NCBI GenBank assembly: GCA_947465215.1
Contig: CANHZX010000001.1
Span: 1,718 to 65,717, forward strand
From: Betaproteobacteria bacterium
GTDB lineage: Bacteria > Pseudomonadota > Gammaproteobacteria > Burkholderiales > SG8-41
DNA: 64,000 bases
Direction: 5' to 3'
The translations under genes were made by a program, and so were the position numbers. The stretch's first letter is position 1; every line of letters starts with the position of its first letter. Of the stretch, positions 9,328 to 18,455 are shown one piece after another. The notes under the pieces were generated by a model. The model was given only the letters and a program-made list of their open reading frames with translations. It had not been told where the DNA came from and did not search any database.

Positions 9328-11112
9328 CTACTGCGCGACAACTCCTTCATGCATGAACTGCAGCCGCGCCAGATGGGCATACAGTCCGTCGGCGCGCAGC
9401 AGTTCATCATGGGTGCCGGTGGAATGCAGATGACCGCGCTCCAGCACCAGAATACGGTCGGCAGTGCGCACCGTCGCCAGGCGATGCGCAATCACCAGCG
9501 TGGTGCGGCCGCGCGACAGGCTCTCCAGTGCCGCAGCGACCTGACGTTCACTTTCGGCGTCGAGTGAACTGGTCGCTTCATCCAGCAGCAGGATCGGACG
9601 ATCGGCCAGCAGGGCCCGCGCGATCGACAGCCGCTGGCGCTGACCGCCTGACAGGCGCACGCCGCGCTCACCCAGCTCGGTATCCAGACCCTGCGGCAGC
9701 CGTTCGATGAATTCCGTGGCATGCGCCGCCGCACAGGCCGCGCGCACTTCCTCGAGACTCGCGTCGGGACGGCCGAAACGAACGTTCTCGGCGACGGTCG
9801 CCGCGAAAATCACCGGGTCCTGAGACACCAGCGCGACCGCCCGGCGCAGTTGCAACGGTTCGCAATGGCGCAGGTCGGCGCCGTCGATCAGCACACGCCC
9901 GGCCTGCGGATCGTAAAAGCGCAGCAGCAGCGCGAAAATTGTTGTCTTGCCCGCACCCGAAGGACCGACCAGCGCGACGCGCTCCCCCGGATGCACGGAA
10001 AAATCCAGTGTCGACAGCGCCGGCGCGTCGAGCCGCGTCGGATAGGCAAAGCTGACGTTGTCAAAACGAATTTCGCCGCGCGGCTGCGCCGGCAGCTGGA
10101 TACGCGGCTCAACCACCAACAGGGCGGATTTTGCATCGAGCAGTTCCATCAGTCGTTCAGTGGCGCCCGCGGCACGCTGGATCTCGCCCCAGACTTCGGA
10201 CACCGTACCCGCGCCGCTGGCGACAATGCCGGCATAAAACACAAAGGCCGAAAGCTGCCCGGCGGTCAGACGGCCTTCGAGCACATCGTGGCCACCAATC
10301 CACAGGATCACCCCGACGGCGCAGAAGGCGATCAGCATCACCGATGAAATCAGCCAGGCCTTGACGCGCACGCGCTCAACACCCGAGGTGCAGGCTGCCG
10401 CGATCGCGGCATCAAATGTCTCCGCGGTCCGCGGCTCATGACCATAGGCCTGCACGGTGCGGATTTCATGCATCGCCTCATCAACCTGCGCCGACACCTC
10501 AGCGACGCGATCCTGGTTACTCCGCGACAGCCGGCGCACATAACGGCCGAGCAGCAGGATCGGAATCAGCGTCGCCGGCACGCCGAGCACGATCAGGAAA
10601 GCCAGCCGCGGACTGGTGGTGAACAGCAGCACCAGTGCGCCGACCATCATCAGGCCGTTGCGCAGCAGCATCGACAGGCCGAAACCGATGACCTGGCGCA
10701 GCTGCTCGCTGTCGTTGGTGACCCGCGACACGATATCGCCGGTGCGCGTGGCGTCGAAAAACGCCGGCGACAGCGTCAGCACATGCGCAAACACCGCGCG
10801 GCGCAGATCAGCGATCACCCGTTCGCCGGTGCTCATCATCAGGTAAAACCGCGCATAGGTGGATACCGCCAGCACCACGGCAACCGCGATCACGCCGGCC
10901 AGCGCGGCATTAAGCATCTCAGGATTGCCGCTGCCGAAACCGGAATCAATGACAAAACGCAGCCCCTGCCCTAGCGCCAGCACCGATCCGGAAGCAACCA
11001 GCAGCGCAACCAGCGCAATCGCCACGCGGCCGCGGTAAGGCTGCAGGAAACGCATCAGCCGGCGCAGTTGTGTGACATCGCCTTTGACGGCAGCAGTATC
11101 AGCAGGGTTCAA
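9328..11112 (-). CDS. ABC exporter, fused transmembrane and ATP-binding domains (ABCB/MsbA-like half transporter)
   Basis: Six-TM N-terminal half. Walker A GPSGAGKTT, signature LSGGQRQR, Walker B ILLLDEATS. Confidence 0.85.
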   Translation of the reverse strand: MNPADTAAVKGDVTQLRRLMRFLQPYRGRVAIALVALLVASGSVLALGQGLRFVIDSGFGSGNPEMLNAALAGVIAVAVVLAVSTYARFYLMMSTGERVIADLRRAVFAHVLTLSPAFFDATRTGDIVSRVTNDSEQLRQVIGFGLSMLLRNGLMMVGALVLLFTTSPRLAFLIVLGVPATLIPILLLGRYVRRLSRSNQDRVAEVSAQVDEAMHEIRTVQAYGHEPRTAETFDAAIAAACTSGVERVRVKAWLISSVMLIAFCAVGVILWIGGHDVLEGRLTAGQLSAFVFYAGIVASGAGTVSEVWGEIQRAAGATERLMELLDAKSALLVVEPRIQLPAQPRGEIRFDNVSFAYPTRLDAPALSTLDFSVHPGERVALVGPSGAGKTTIFALLLRFYDPQAGRVLIDGADLRHCEPLQLRRAVALVSQDPVIFAATVAENVRFGRPDASLEEVRAACAAAHATEFIERLPQGLDTELGERGVRLSGGQRQRLSIARALLADRPILLLDEATSSLDAESERQVAAALESLSRGRTTLVIAHRLATVRTADRILVLERGHLHSTGTHDELLRADGLYAHLARLQFMHEGVVAQ

Positions 11113-11135
11113 AGGATGTCCATCTCATGACCATC

Positions 11136-11621
11136 TCAAAATCGCGGCTGGCGTGATACATGCATGCGTACGCCGAGCTGCGCAGCTTCCAGCGTGACTT
11201 CCGCCGGCTTCACTGCCACCACTTCGACTTCATATTCCCCGTCGGCTGGAATGTCGATCTGCAGCATCGGCTGCACCAGCGAGGACGGCGGGCCAGATGA
11301 TTCGACCGGCGGCAACTCGGGGCTGTTGACGTGGAATTCGCCGGTCCCGGTCGTGCCGTTGCTGCCGCGCAGGGTCACGCGGTAGGTATTCCAGCGTCGG
11401 TGTTCATCACGCTTGCCCCAGACAAAGTCGGCATGCAGCGTGAAAGCCACGGGACTCATGTCCGACTTCAGCAGGATGCGCACCGGCGCATAACTGCCGT
11501 CGGCACTGCGCTGCAGCGGGATGCGGGCAACCTCCTCGCCGCCCAGCAACGCATCGCATCCCGTAAGTGTGATTGCGGATACCAGCGCGAACGCCGCAAG
11601 TGCGAGCGTCCGCGCCTGCAT
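11136..11621 (-). CDS. lipoprotein, function unknown
   Basis: Lipobox LTGC after a hydrophobic signal. The start overlaps the upstream stop by 1 nt (TGATG). Confidence 0.6.
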   Translation of the reverse strand: MQARTLALAAFALVSAITLTGCDALLGGEEVARIPLQRSADGSYAPVRILLKSDMSPVAFTLHADFVWGKRDEHRRWNTYRVTLRGSNGTTGTGEFHVNSPELPPVESSGPPSSLVQPMLQIDIPADGEYEVEVVAVKPAEVTLEAAQLGVRMHVSRQPRF

Positions 11622-12412
11622 CAGTTTTTCACCTTGCCGAGGAAATCCAGCATCGCCTTGTTGAAGGCTGCCGGCTGCTCAACGTTGGACAGATGCGCTG
11701 CCGACGGGATGATCAGCAGTTCCGATCCGCGCAGATTGGCCTGGATCTGGCGCGCCATTTCCGGCGGCGTGCCGTGGTCCTGGTCGCCGACGATGACCAG
11801 CGCCGGACAGTTGATGTCCTTCAGCTGGTCGAGTACATCGATCTTGGCAATGGCTTCACAGCTGCCGGCAAAACCTGCCACCGGCGTGTTGCGGATATCT
11901 TTGCCGATCTTCTCCATGATCGCGGGCTGGGCCTTGCGGAAGGGTTCGGTGAACCAGCGTCCCAGCGTGCTGTCGACCAGCACATCCATGCCCTGTGCTC
12001 GCGCCATTTTCACCCGCTCACCCCACATTTGCTCGGCGTTGGGCGGCCGGCGGCTGGTGGTGTCGGCGAGGATCATGCTGCTGAACACGCCGGGATATTT
12101 CAGCGCATAGGTTTCACCGATCATGCCGCCCATCGACAGGCCGATCCAGTGTGAATGCTTGATGCCCAGTGAGGCGAAAAGACCGTGCAGGTCATCCGCC
12201 ATCTGCTCCAGCGTATAGGTCACATCCGGAGCATCACTGGCGCCATGGCCGCGGGTATCGAAACGCAGCACCTTGTACCCCTTGGACACCAGTAGTTTCG
12301 CCTGGTCATCCCACATCGACAGATTGCAGGCCAGCGAATGCGACATCGTCACCCACGGGCCTTCGCCCTCGATGACACAGTTGATTTCAATACCGTTGGT
12401 TTTGATTTTCAT
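11621..12412 (-). CDS. alpha/beta hydrolase, 3-oxoadipate enol-lactonase-like (PcaD-like)
   Basis: HSLACNLSMWD, nucleophile elbow GLSMGG and a C-terminal AAH motif resemble PcaD-type enol-lactonases. ATG at 12412 is preceded by AGGAGG. Confidence 0.75.
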   Translation of the reverse strand: MKIKTNGIEINCVIEGEGPWVTMSHSLACNLSMWDDQAKLLVSKGYKVLRFDTRGHGASDAPDVTYTLEQMADDLHGLFASLGIKHSHWIGLSMGGMIGETYALKYPGVFSSMILADTTSRRPPNAEQMWGERVKMARAQGMDVLVDSTLGRWFTEPFRKAQPAIMEKIGKDIRNTPVAGFAGSCEAIAKIDVLDQLKDINCPALVIVGDQDHGTPPEMARQIQANLRGSELLIIPSAAHLSNVEQPAAFNKAMLDFLGKVKN

Positions 12413-12441
12413 GTCCGCTCCTCCTTTAGTTGCGCTTTGAC

Positions 12442-13425
12442 TCATTGCGCCTTGATATTTCCGGCCTTCGCCAGCCTGGTGAATGTCGCGATATCCGATG
12501 CGATCAGCTTGTCGAAACCTTCCGGCGTGGTCGGCGACGGCTCAAGGCCGATCGGCGCCCAGCGCCGTTTCACGTCGTCTTCGCTGAGAATGCGTTTGAC
12601 CTCGCGATTGAGTTCAGCAATCACCGGCGCCGGCGTCTTCGCGGTGGTGACCAGACCGAACCACAGGATTGCGTCATAGCCCGGAACGCCGGAATCGGCG
12701 ATGGTCGGCACGTCCGGCAGCAGCGCATCGCGCTTCAGCGAGGACACACCCAGCGCCAGCAGCTTGCCGTCACGCACCTGCGGCACGGCATTGGCGATCG
12801 GTGCCATGAAAAACTGCACACGGCCAGTCATCGCTTCGGCCAGCGCCTCGGGGATGCCTTTGAAAGGAATGTGTACGACGTCGAGTTTCGCCATGCTCTT
12901 CAAAAGCTCACCGGCGAAATGCGTGCCGCTGCCGACACCCGCTGAGGAAAAATTCATCGAACCCGGTTTGGCGCGGGCCGCCGCAAACAGATCTTTCAGG
13001 GAACGGAAGCCGGAGGGCGAAGTCACCAGCACATACTTCGACACTGCCGACAGCGAGATTCCCATCAGGTCGCGGCGGGCGTCATACGGCAGCTTGTCGT
13101 AAATCGCCGGCGCCACGGCATGCGCCGAGGACACCGACAGCAGCGTATAGCCGTCGGGGTTGGCCGTCGCTGTCAGATTCGCGGCGATGGTGCCGCCGGC
13201 GCCCGGCCGGTTGTCGACGATGACCTGCTGCTTGAATTCTTCAGTGAGTTTCTGTGCGAGATAACGCGCCGTGATGTCCGGACCGCCGCCGGGCGTGAAG
13301 CCGACGAGAATGCGAACCGGCTTGGTCGGATATTCACCGGCCGGTGTCGGGCCGCCCTTCTGCGCGGCTTGCGCGACCGCGCCTGTCGCCAGCGCAATAA
13401 CCGCAATGAATTGCAAGAACTTCAT
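12442..13425 (-). CDS. Bug family substrate-binding protein (TctC-like)
   Basis: Only the C-terminal 327 aa of the 630-aa ORF are Bug-like. ATG at 13425 with GGAGG. Signal peptide MKFLQFIAVIALATGAVAQA. Confidence 0.9.
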   Translation of the reverse strand: MKFLQFIAVIALATGAVAQAAQKGGPTPAGEYPTKPVRILVGFTPGGGPDITARYLAQKLTEEFKQQVIVDNRPGAGGTIAANLTATANPDGYTLLSVSSAHAVAPAIYDKLPYDARRDLMGISLSAVSKYVLVTSPSGFRSLKDLFAAARAKPGSMNFSSAGVGSGTHFAGELLKSMAKLDVVHIPFKGIPEALAEAMTGRVQFFMAPIANAVPQVRDGKLLALGVSSLKRDALLPDVPTIADSGVPGYDAILWFGLVTTAKTPAPVIAELNREVKRILSEDDVKRRWAPIGLEPSPTTPEGFDKLIASDIATFTRLAKAGNIKAQ

Positions 13426-13608
13426 GATGCCTCCGGACACTTTATGGAATTTTTCGGCGGGGGTTTGTTGAAAACCCCGGGCCGTGACTATACCAGTCGT
13501 CGCAGGGCAATACAGCATGTGGACGAGCCTGCGGGCATGGTCGCAACGACGCGCATTCCCCGTTATGCTTGCGGCTCCTTTTTCGGGGTGCGAAATCCGT
13601 AGATCATT

Positions 13609-14361
13609 ATGAGCGCAACAAAAGAACTCACTGGCAAGGTCGCGCTGGTCACCGGTGCGGCGAAAAACCTCGGCCGCGCCATCGCGCTGGAACTGGCAGT
13701 CGCCGGCGCCAAAGTCGCGATCAACACCCGCGCTTCCCGCGCCGAAGCCGACGCCGTCGCTCAGGAAATCCGTGCTGCCGGCGGTACAGCTTCTGTATTC
13801 CTCGCCGATATCGCTGATGCCGACGCCGTGCAGGGCATGCACGCGGCAGTCGCTGCCGAACTCGGTGCGGTCGACATTCTGGTACTCAATGCCTCCGTGC
13901 GTCGCGAGATTCCGTTCATGGAAATGAGCTTCGACGAATGGCGGCAGGTGATGGGCATCTCTCTCGACGGCTCCTTTCATTGCATCCAGGCAGTCTTGCC
14001 GGGCATGCTGAAAGCGGGACACGGCAACGTGATCTCGCTCGGTGGGGATACTGCGCTCAACGGGGCTGTCGGCAAGGTACACAGTTCTGCAGGGAAAAGC
14101 GGCCTCGCCGGCATGACGCGCGCACTGGCGCGGGAATTTGGCCCGCAAGGCATACGCTTCAACTGCGTCTCGCCGGGACACTTCAACACTGTGCGGGTCG
14201 GCAAGCGCGCCGAGCGCCCTGCCGCGACCGGACATATTCCGCTGAGCCGTTATGGCGAACCGAACGAGATCGCCGCCACAGTACGTTTCCTGTGCAGCCC
14301 CGGTGCCGGCTTCATCACCGGCCAGACGATCCACGTCAACGGCGGCCAGTGGATGTTTTGA
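13609..14361 (+). CDS. SDR-fold protein, atypical paralog of 8564..9313 (no YxxxK, no catalytic Ser)
   Basis: GKVALVTGAAKNLGRAIA. Active-site region SLGGDTALNG...VHSSAGKSG. Collinear with 8564..9313 from N- to C-terminus (GQTIHVNGGQWMF). Confidence 0.85.
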   Translation: MSATKELTGKVALVTGAAKNLGRAIALELAVAGAKVAINTRASRAEADAVAQEIRAAGGTASVFLADIADADAVQGMHAAVAAELGAVDILVLNASVRREIPFMEMSFDEWRQVMGISLDGSFHCIQAVLPGMLKAGHGNVISLGGDTALNGAVGKVHSSAGKSGLAGMTRALAREFGPQGIRFNCVSPGHFNTVRVGKRAERPAATGHIPLSRYGEPNEIAATVRFLCSPGAGFITGQTIHVNGGQWMF

Positions 14362-14410
14362 TCCGTAAAATATTATTTAATAAAAACATATACTTAAAGA
14401 GGATATTGCC

Positions 14411-14986
14411 ATGACCACCCGACACCCCGAACGTTTCCCCGCAATCCCGCCCGAGCAATGGAACGAGGAGCAGAAAAAAGTCGCTGCCGCCATCGCCTCC
14501 GGTCCCCGCGGTGAAGTCCGCGGTCCTTTCCTTGCACTGCTGCGCAGCCCCGGCCTCGCGCACACCGTGCAGCAGGTCGGCGAATACCTGCGCTTCAAAT
14601 GCCCGCTGGACCGGCGCATTGCCGAGATGTCGACGCTGATGGCGGCGCGTCACTGGACGCAGCAATATGAGTGGCAGTCGCATTACAAACACGCCATGAA
14701 AGCCGGACTCAACCCGGCGATCGCGCAGGCCATCGCCGAAGGCCGCCGCCCGACCGGCATGGCGATTGACGAAGAAGCGCTGTACGACATGCTCACCGAA
14801 GTGCTGCACAACCAGAGCGTCTGTGATGCGACCTATTCCCGCGCGCTCGGCGTGTTCGGCGAACAGGGCGTGATCGAACTGGTCGCCATCGCCGGTTATT
14901 ACGCGATGCTGGCGATGGTTCTCAACGTCGGCCGCAAGGCGCTGCCGGCCGGACAGGAACCGCAGCTGCCCTGGTTCCCGAACTGA
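14411..14986 (+). CDS. carboxymuconolactone decarboxylase family protein (AhpD-like fold)
   Basis: Length and helical repeat pattern fit CMD-family proteins. An AT-rich leader with an AAGAGGA RBS precedes it. Confidence 0.7.
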   Translation: MTTRHPERFPAIPPEQWNEEQKKVAAAIASGPRGEVRGPFLALLRSPGLAHTVQQVGEYLRFKCPLDRRIAEMSTLMAARHWTQQYEWQSHYKHAMKAGLNPAIAQAIAEGRRPTGMAIDEEALYDMLTEVLHNQSVCDATYSRALGVFGEQGVIELVAIAGYYAMLAMVLNVGRKALPAGQEPQLPWFPN

Positions 14987-14999
14987 ACTGAAGCAGCAG

Positions 15000-16190
15000 A
15001 TGCTGCAGTTCCTGTTGCTGCCGGCCCTGCTGGCGGGACATTCCTTTGCATCGATGGCGGTGCTGGTGTTGCCGGCGGTGGCACCCGCCGTCGCACGCGA
15101 CTACGGCTTCGACCCTTCGCTGATCGGTTACCAGATCAGTCTGGTCAGTCTCGGCATGGTGGTGACGCTGACACTGCTCGGCAGCACTACACGCCGTTAC
15201 GGTGCGGCGCGAACCAACCAACTGGGCCATGCACTGACTGCCACCGGCATGCTGGTGCTGCTGATTCCCTATAGCGCTTTCCTGATCATCGGTTCGCTGG
15301 TCATCGGACTCGGCTACGGCATGATCACGCCTTCAGCTTCGCACCTGCTGATGCGTTACACCCCGCCGCAGCGGCGCAGCACGGTATTCTCAATTCACCA
15401 GACCGGCATTCCCGCCGGCGGCATGCTCGCCGCATTGATTGCACCAGCAGTAACGATCTACGCCGGCTGGCGCTGGGCCGTAGTACTGAGCGCGCTGCTG
15501 CTGTTCGGCGTAGTGCTGCTGATGCAGAGCGGTCGCCGCAGTTGGGATGACGACCGCGACCGAAATGCACCGGTGGTGACCCCCAACCCGCTCGCCGGTG
15601 CCATTGCAATCTGGCAGCAGCGCGAGCTGCGGCTGATCACCATCGCCGGCAGCTGTTTTTCGTGGGCGCAGTTCTGCGCTGCGACTTTTGCCGTGGTCGC
15701 CTGCGTCGAGACCCTGGGCATGAATCTGGTGGTAGCGGGTACGGTGCTGACAGTGGTGCAGATTGCCAGCGCCTCCGGCCGCGTGCTGATCGGCTGGATC
15801 ACCGACCGTGTCGGCGATACCGCGCGCGTGCTGTCATGGAATGCCGGAATACTGACCTTGTTCACGCTGGGCGGCTTCGCCATCCATGACGGAACGCCGC
15901 TGTTGCTGGTCTATCTGCTGTTTGCCGTGCTCGGCGCCACTTCAGGATGCTGGCCCGGCGCCATCCTTGCCGAAGTCGGACGGCTGGCACCGCAGGGTCA
16001 GGTGAGTCTGGCGATCAGCGGCTCTCTGGTGATCACCAATGTCGGCAAATTCATCGGCCCGATCATTTTTGCCAACGTGTATGCGCTGACGCGCAGCTAC
16101 GGCATCGCTTTTGTATCGCTGGTGGTGCCGGCTGCAGTCGCGTTCTATTGCCTCGTTGCCGCAAGACGCGGCAAAACTGGCAGCGCCTAA
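15000..16190 (+). CDS. MFS transporter
   Basis: About 12 hydrophobic segments and 396 aa. Confidence 0.8.
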   Translation: MLQFLLLPALLAGHSFASMAVLVLPAVAPAVARDYGFDPSLIGYQISLVSLGMVVTLTLLGSTTRRYGAARTNQLGHALTATGMLVLLIPYSAFLIIGSLVIGLGYGMITPSASHLLMRYTPPQRRSTVFSIHQTGIPAGGMLAALIAPAVTIYAGWRWAVVLSALLLFGVVLLMQSGRRSWDDDRDRNAPVVTPNPLAGAIAIWQQRELRLITIAGSCFSWAQFCAATFAVVACVETLGMNLVVAGTVLTVVQIASASGRVLIGWITDRVGDTARVLSWNAGILTLFTLGGFAIHDGTPLLLVYLLFAVLGATSGCWPGAILAEVGRLAPQGQVSLAISGSLVITNVGKFIGPIIFANVYALTRSYGIAFVSLVVPAAVAFYCLVAARRGKTGSA

Positions 16191-16621
16191 CCGAGGATCT
16201 GGCTGACCTGTTCCTGGCGCAGCAACTCGTAGACAAAAGCCTCGAGTTCCGGTCCCAGCGCATCGCGCACCGACAGCATACCGATGGGCCAGCCGTCCTT
16301 GACCACCGGAAGGTGACGGAAACGGCCGTCATGCATGATCGCCAGCGCATGCGCAAACGACTGGTCCGGTGAAATGCATTTGGGATTGGCAGTCATCACC
16401 ACACTGAGCGGCGTGGTTTTGCTGTCGAGGCCGGCGGCAACCACGCGGAACAGCGCATCGCGTTCGGTGAACACGCCGACCAGGCGGCCGTTGTCGACCA
16501 CCATCATCGCACCGACGTTGCGCTGCTTCATCTGCCGCGCGGCTTCCGCCACCGTCATGCTGCCCGGTGCGGTGAGCAGCTTCTGTCCGGCAATGATGTC
16601 ATTGATCGTGCGTTCGGCCAT
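16187..16621 (-). CDS. CBS domain-containing protein
   Basis: Tandem CBS pair pattern (MTVAEAARQM...VGAMMVV..GRLVGVFTERD; ...HLPVV.DG.PIGMLSVRD). ATG at 16621 with GGAGG. Confidence 0.8.
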   Translation of the reverse strand: MAERTINDIIAGQKLLTAPGSMTVAEAARQMKQRNVGAMMVVDNGRLVGVFTERDALFRVVAAGLDSKTTPLSVVMTANPKCISPDQSFAHALAIMHDGRFRHLPVVKDGWPIGMLSVRDALGPELEAFVYELLRQEQVSQILG

Positions 16622-16741
16622 ATGAACCTCCGTGCGCTGCAGTCGGGAAAACTTCGGAAACTTCTGAATATTCCGGGACTTCACCGAAACGCCGCGGGCG
16701 GCGTCGCTCCGAAACCATGCTACGCCGCGACCGCGACAGGG

Positions 16742-17251
16742 TCAAACAGTGGAGCGGCCTTCGCGCATGTAAACCGGCAAATCCATCTGCGGCGGCCTGC
16801 AGCCCGGAATGTCATACATCATCTGCGCGACATAACCGCGGTGATAATTGGTATGCATCACCATGTGCAGCAGGATTTCACCGCGCGTCATCGCACCGGG
16901 ATTACCGCCAATCAACATGTAATTAACGGTTTCTCCCAGACTGGCGGTCGTCTGCCGGTCTGCCCAGTCGACATACCAGGCGTCGACCTGCTGCTGCAAC
17001 GTCCACAGCTCGGGCAGCGGCGGATGGTCCTTGGTGTTACGCGCCTCGTAACCGTGATCGCGCCCTTCAAGGTGAGCCTGCCAGATGCGATCGATGACGT
17101 AGATATGGTTCAGCGTGTGCACCATATTCTTGAACAGCGACGGCCGCGGCTTTGCGATTTCCTCGGCGGGTAAGGCGGCGACTGCGTCGAACATCACCTT
17201 GTTTGACCACTGCGCGTAACGGGCCATCATGCTCGCTTCTTTGGCATCCAT
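16742..17251 (-). CDS. DinB family protein
   Basis: Four-helix DinB-like pattern with conserved His residues (HTLNH..., HMVMHTNYHRG). The start is uncertain (17251 or 17230). Confidence 0.7.
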   Translation of the reverse strand: MDAKEASMMARYAQWSNKVMFDAVAALPAEEIAKPRPSLFKNMVHTLNHIYVIDRIWQAHLEGRDHGYEARNTKDHPPLPELWTLQQQVDAWYVDWADRQTTASLGETVNYMLIGGNPGAMTRGEILLHMVMHTNYHRGYVAQMMYDIPGCRPPQMDLPVYMREGRSTV

Positions 17252-17295
17252 ACTCTGGCACTCCGGAATTAATGTTTGATTGGCGCGGCCGGAAA

Positions 17296-17883
17296 TTATG
17301 CGGTGATACCGATCTTGCGCTGCAGGTCGCCGATCACCTGCGTCCACGGGCGCTTGCGCCAGCGCACCCGCTCACCGATCGGTTTGTTCTCGACGTCCGC
17401 ATGCACCTTCATCGCCACAAACACCGGCCCGGGTTTGCCGAGGATTTCCGGCAGCGCCGCTACTGCTGCTTCCAGTTCGGTAAACGAATAGGTGCGCGGA
17501 TACCCGGCGCCCTTCGCCAGCATTTCATAGTTGACGTTCTTGGCGTTCGGCACCGGCTGGCCACCGGTGGTGGCGTAACACTCGTTGTCGAGCATGAAAT
17601 GGTAAAAGTTCGCGGGATTCTGCTCGGCAATGGTCAGCAGGATGCCCAGCCCCATCTGCACATCACCTTCGGAATCAAACAGCACCACCCGTCGCTTGGG
17701 TTGAGCCATCGCCAGACCGAATGCAAATGCCGCGTGTCCGCCCATCGCCGGATCGCCCATCGGCAGATCAAGGTCAGGCTGATCGCTGATCTTCACCCAG
17801 TGTTTGCCGCCGCGTCCGGGCACCACTATGGCGTCGCCGCGATGGGGTTTGAATGCTTTGAGAAAATCTTCAGTACTGAACAT
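17296..17883 (-). CDS. thiamine-diphosphate enzyme beta subunit (ComE / sulfopyruvate-decarboxylase-beta-like, PP-binding half)
   Basis: ThDP motif EGDVQMGLGILLTIAEQNPANFYHFMLDNE (GD-x(~26)-N). 195 aa. Confidence 0.75.
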   Translation of the reverse strand: MFSTEDFLKAFKPHRGDAIVVPGRGGKHWVKISDQPDLDLPMGDPAMGGHAAFAFGLAMAQPKRRVVLFDSEGDVQMGLGILLTIAEQNPANFYHFMLDNECYATTGGQPVPNAKNVNYEMLAKGAGYPRTYSFTELEAAVAALPEILGKPGPVFVAMKVHADVENKPIGERVRWRKRPWTQVIGDLQRKIGITA

Positions 17884-17891
17884 TTGCGCTC

Positions 17892-18410
17892 CTAGCCGTT
17901 GAACTGGTATTCGTCGCCGACGAGCACCGCCACCGGACGTTTTGTTTTTTTCGATTCATTGAAGGCCAGACTGATGCGATCGGCATCAGCGTCGCTTTCG
18001 ACAAGGTAATAGTTGATGCGGAAAGCGTTGAGGAAAGGCTCGGTGTAGACCGACGCGGTATCCGCAGTAGGGGCACCGTGTCGCGTCCAGCCGCGCATGC
18101 CAACGACAAACACCACCGGAATTTCGAGTCCAAAGAGCCAGCCGCGGATGGAATCGCCAGACTCCATCAGACCGGTGTTCTGAATCAGCACAACCGGTAT
18201 AGCACCGCCGACCGCCAGACCCGCCGCCACCGAACAGGCCAGGCCCTCCCGCGGCACTGCCACCAGCGTCAGCGACGGCTCTGCTTTCATCAGCAGGTAA
18301 AGCCAGTTGGTTTCGCTGTCGGGCAGCCATACGACATGGGTGACGCCGTGTTTCTTCAGCTGATTCAGAACAATTTCGGGGCTCAGGTGAGCCTTGGATG
18401 CGTCATTCAT
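17892..18410 (-). CDS. thiamine-diphosphate enzyme alpha subunit (ComD / sulfopyruvate-decarboxylase-alpha-like, pyrimidine-binding half)
   Basis: 172 aa. The REG (catalytic Glu) and IQNTGLMESG blocks are typical of the TPP_enzyme_N half. An 8-nt gap separates it from the beta subunit. Confidence 0.75.
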   Translation of the reverse strand: MNDASKAHLSPEIVLNQLKKHGVTHVVWLPDSETNWLYLLMKAEPSLTLVAVPREGLACSVAAGLAVGGAIPVVLIQNTGLMESGDSIRGWLFGLEIPVVFVVGMRGWTRHGAPTADTASVYTEPFLNAFRINYYLVESDADADRISLAFNESKKTKRPVAVLVGDEYQFNG

Positions 18411-18455
18411 TTCAGTTTCTTTCCATTGATGACATTTTGGATTCGGCCAGCCGGA

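Noticed and set aside
12442-14334. 630-aa ORF on the minus strand.
   Set aside because: Only the C-terminal 327 aa (from ATG 13425, with its own GGAGG and signal peptide) are Bug-like. The N-terminal part runs antisense through the SDR gene at 13609..14361 and has the Arg/Gly/Ala-rich composition typical of off-frame high-GC sequence.
16187-16190. A 4-nt overlap of convergent stop codons (MFS and CBS genes) as a possible regulatory feature.
   Set aside because: Such overlaps are common in compact GC-rich genomes, and no associated structure was seen.
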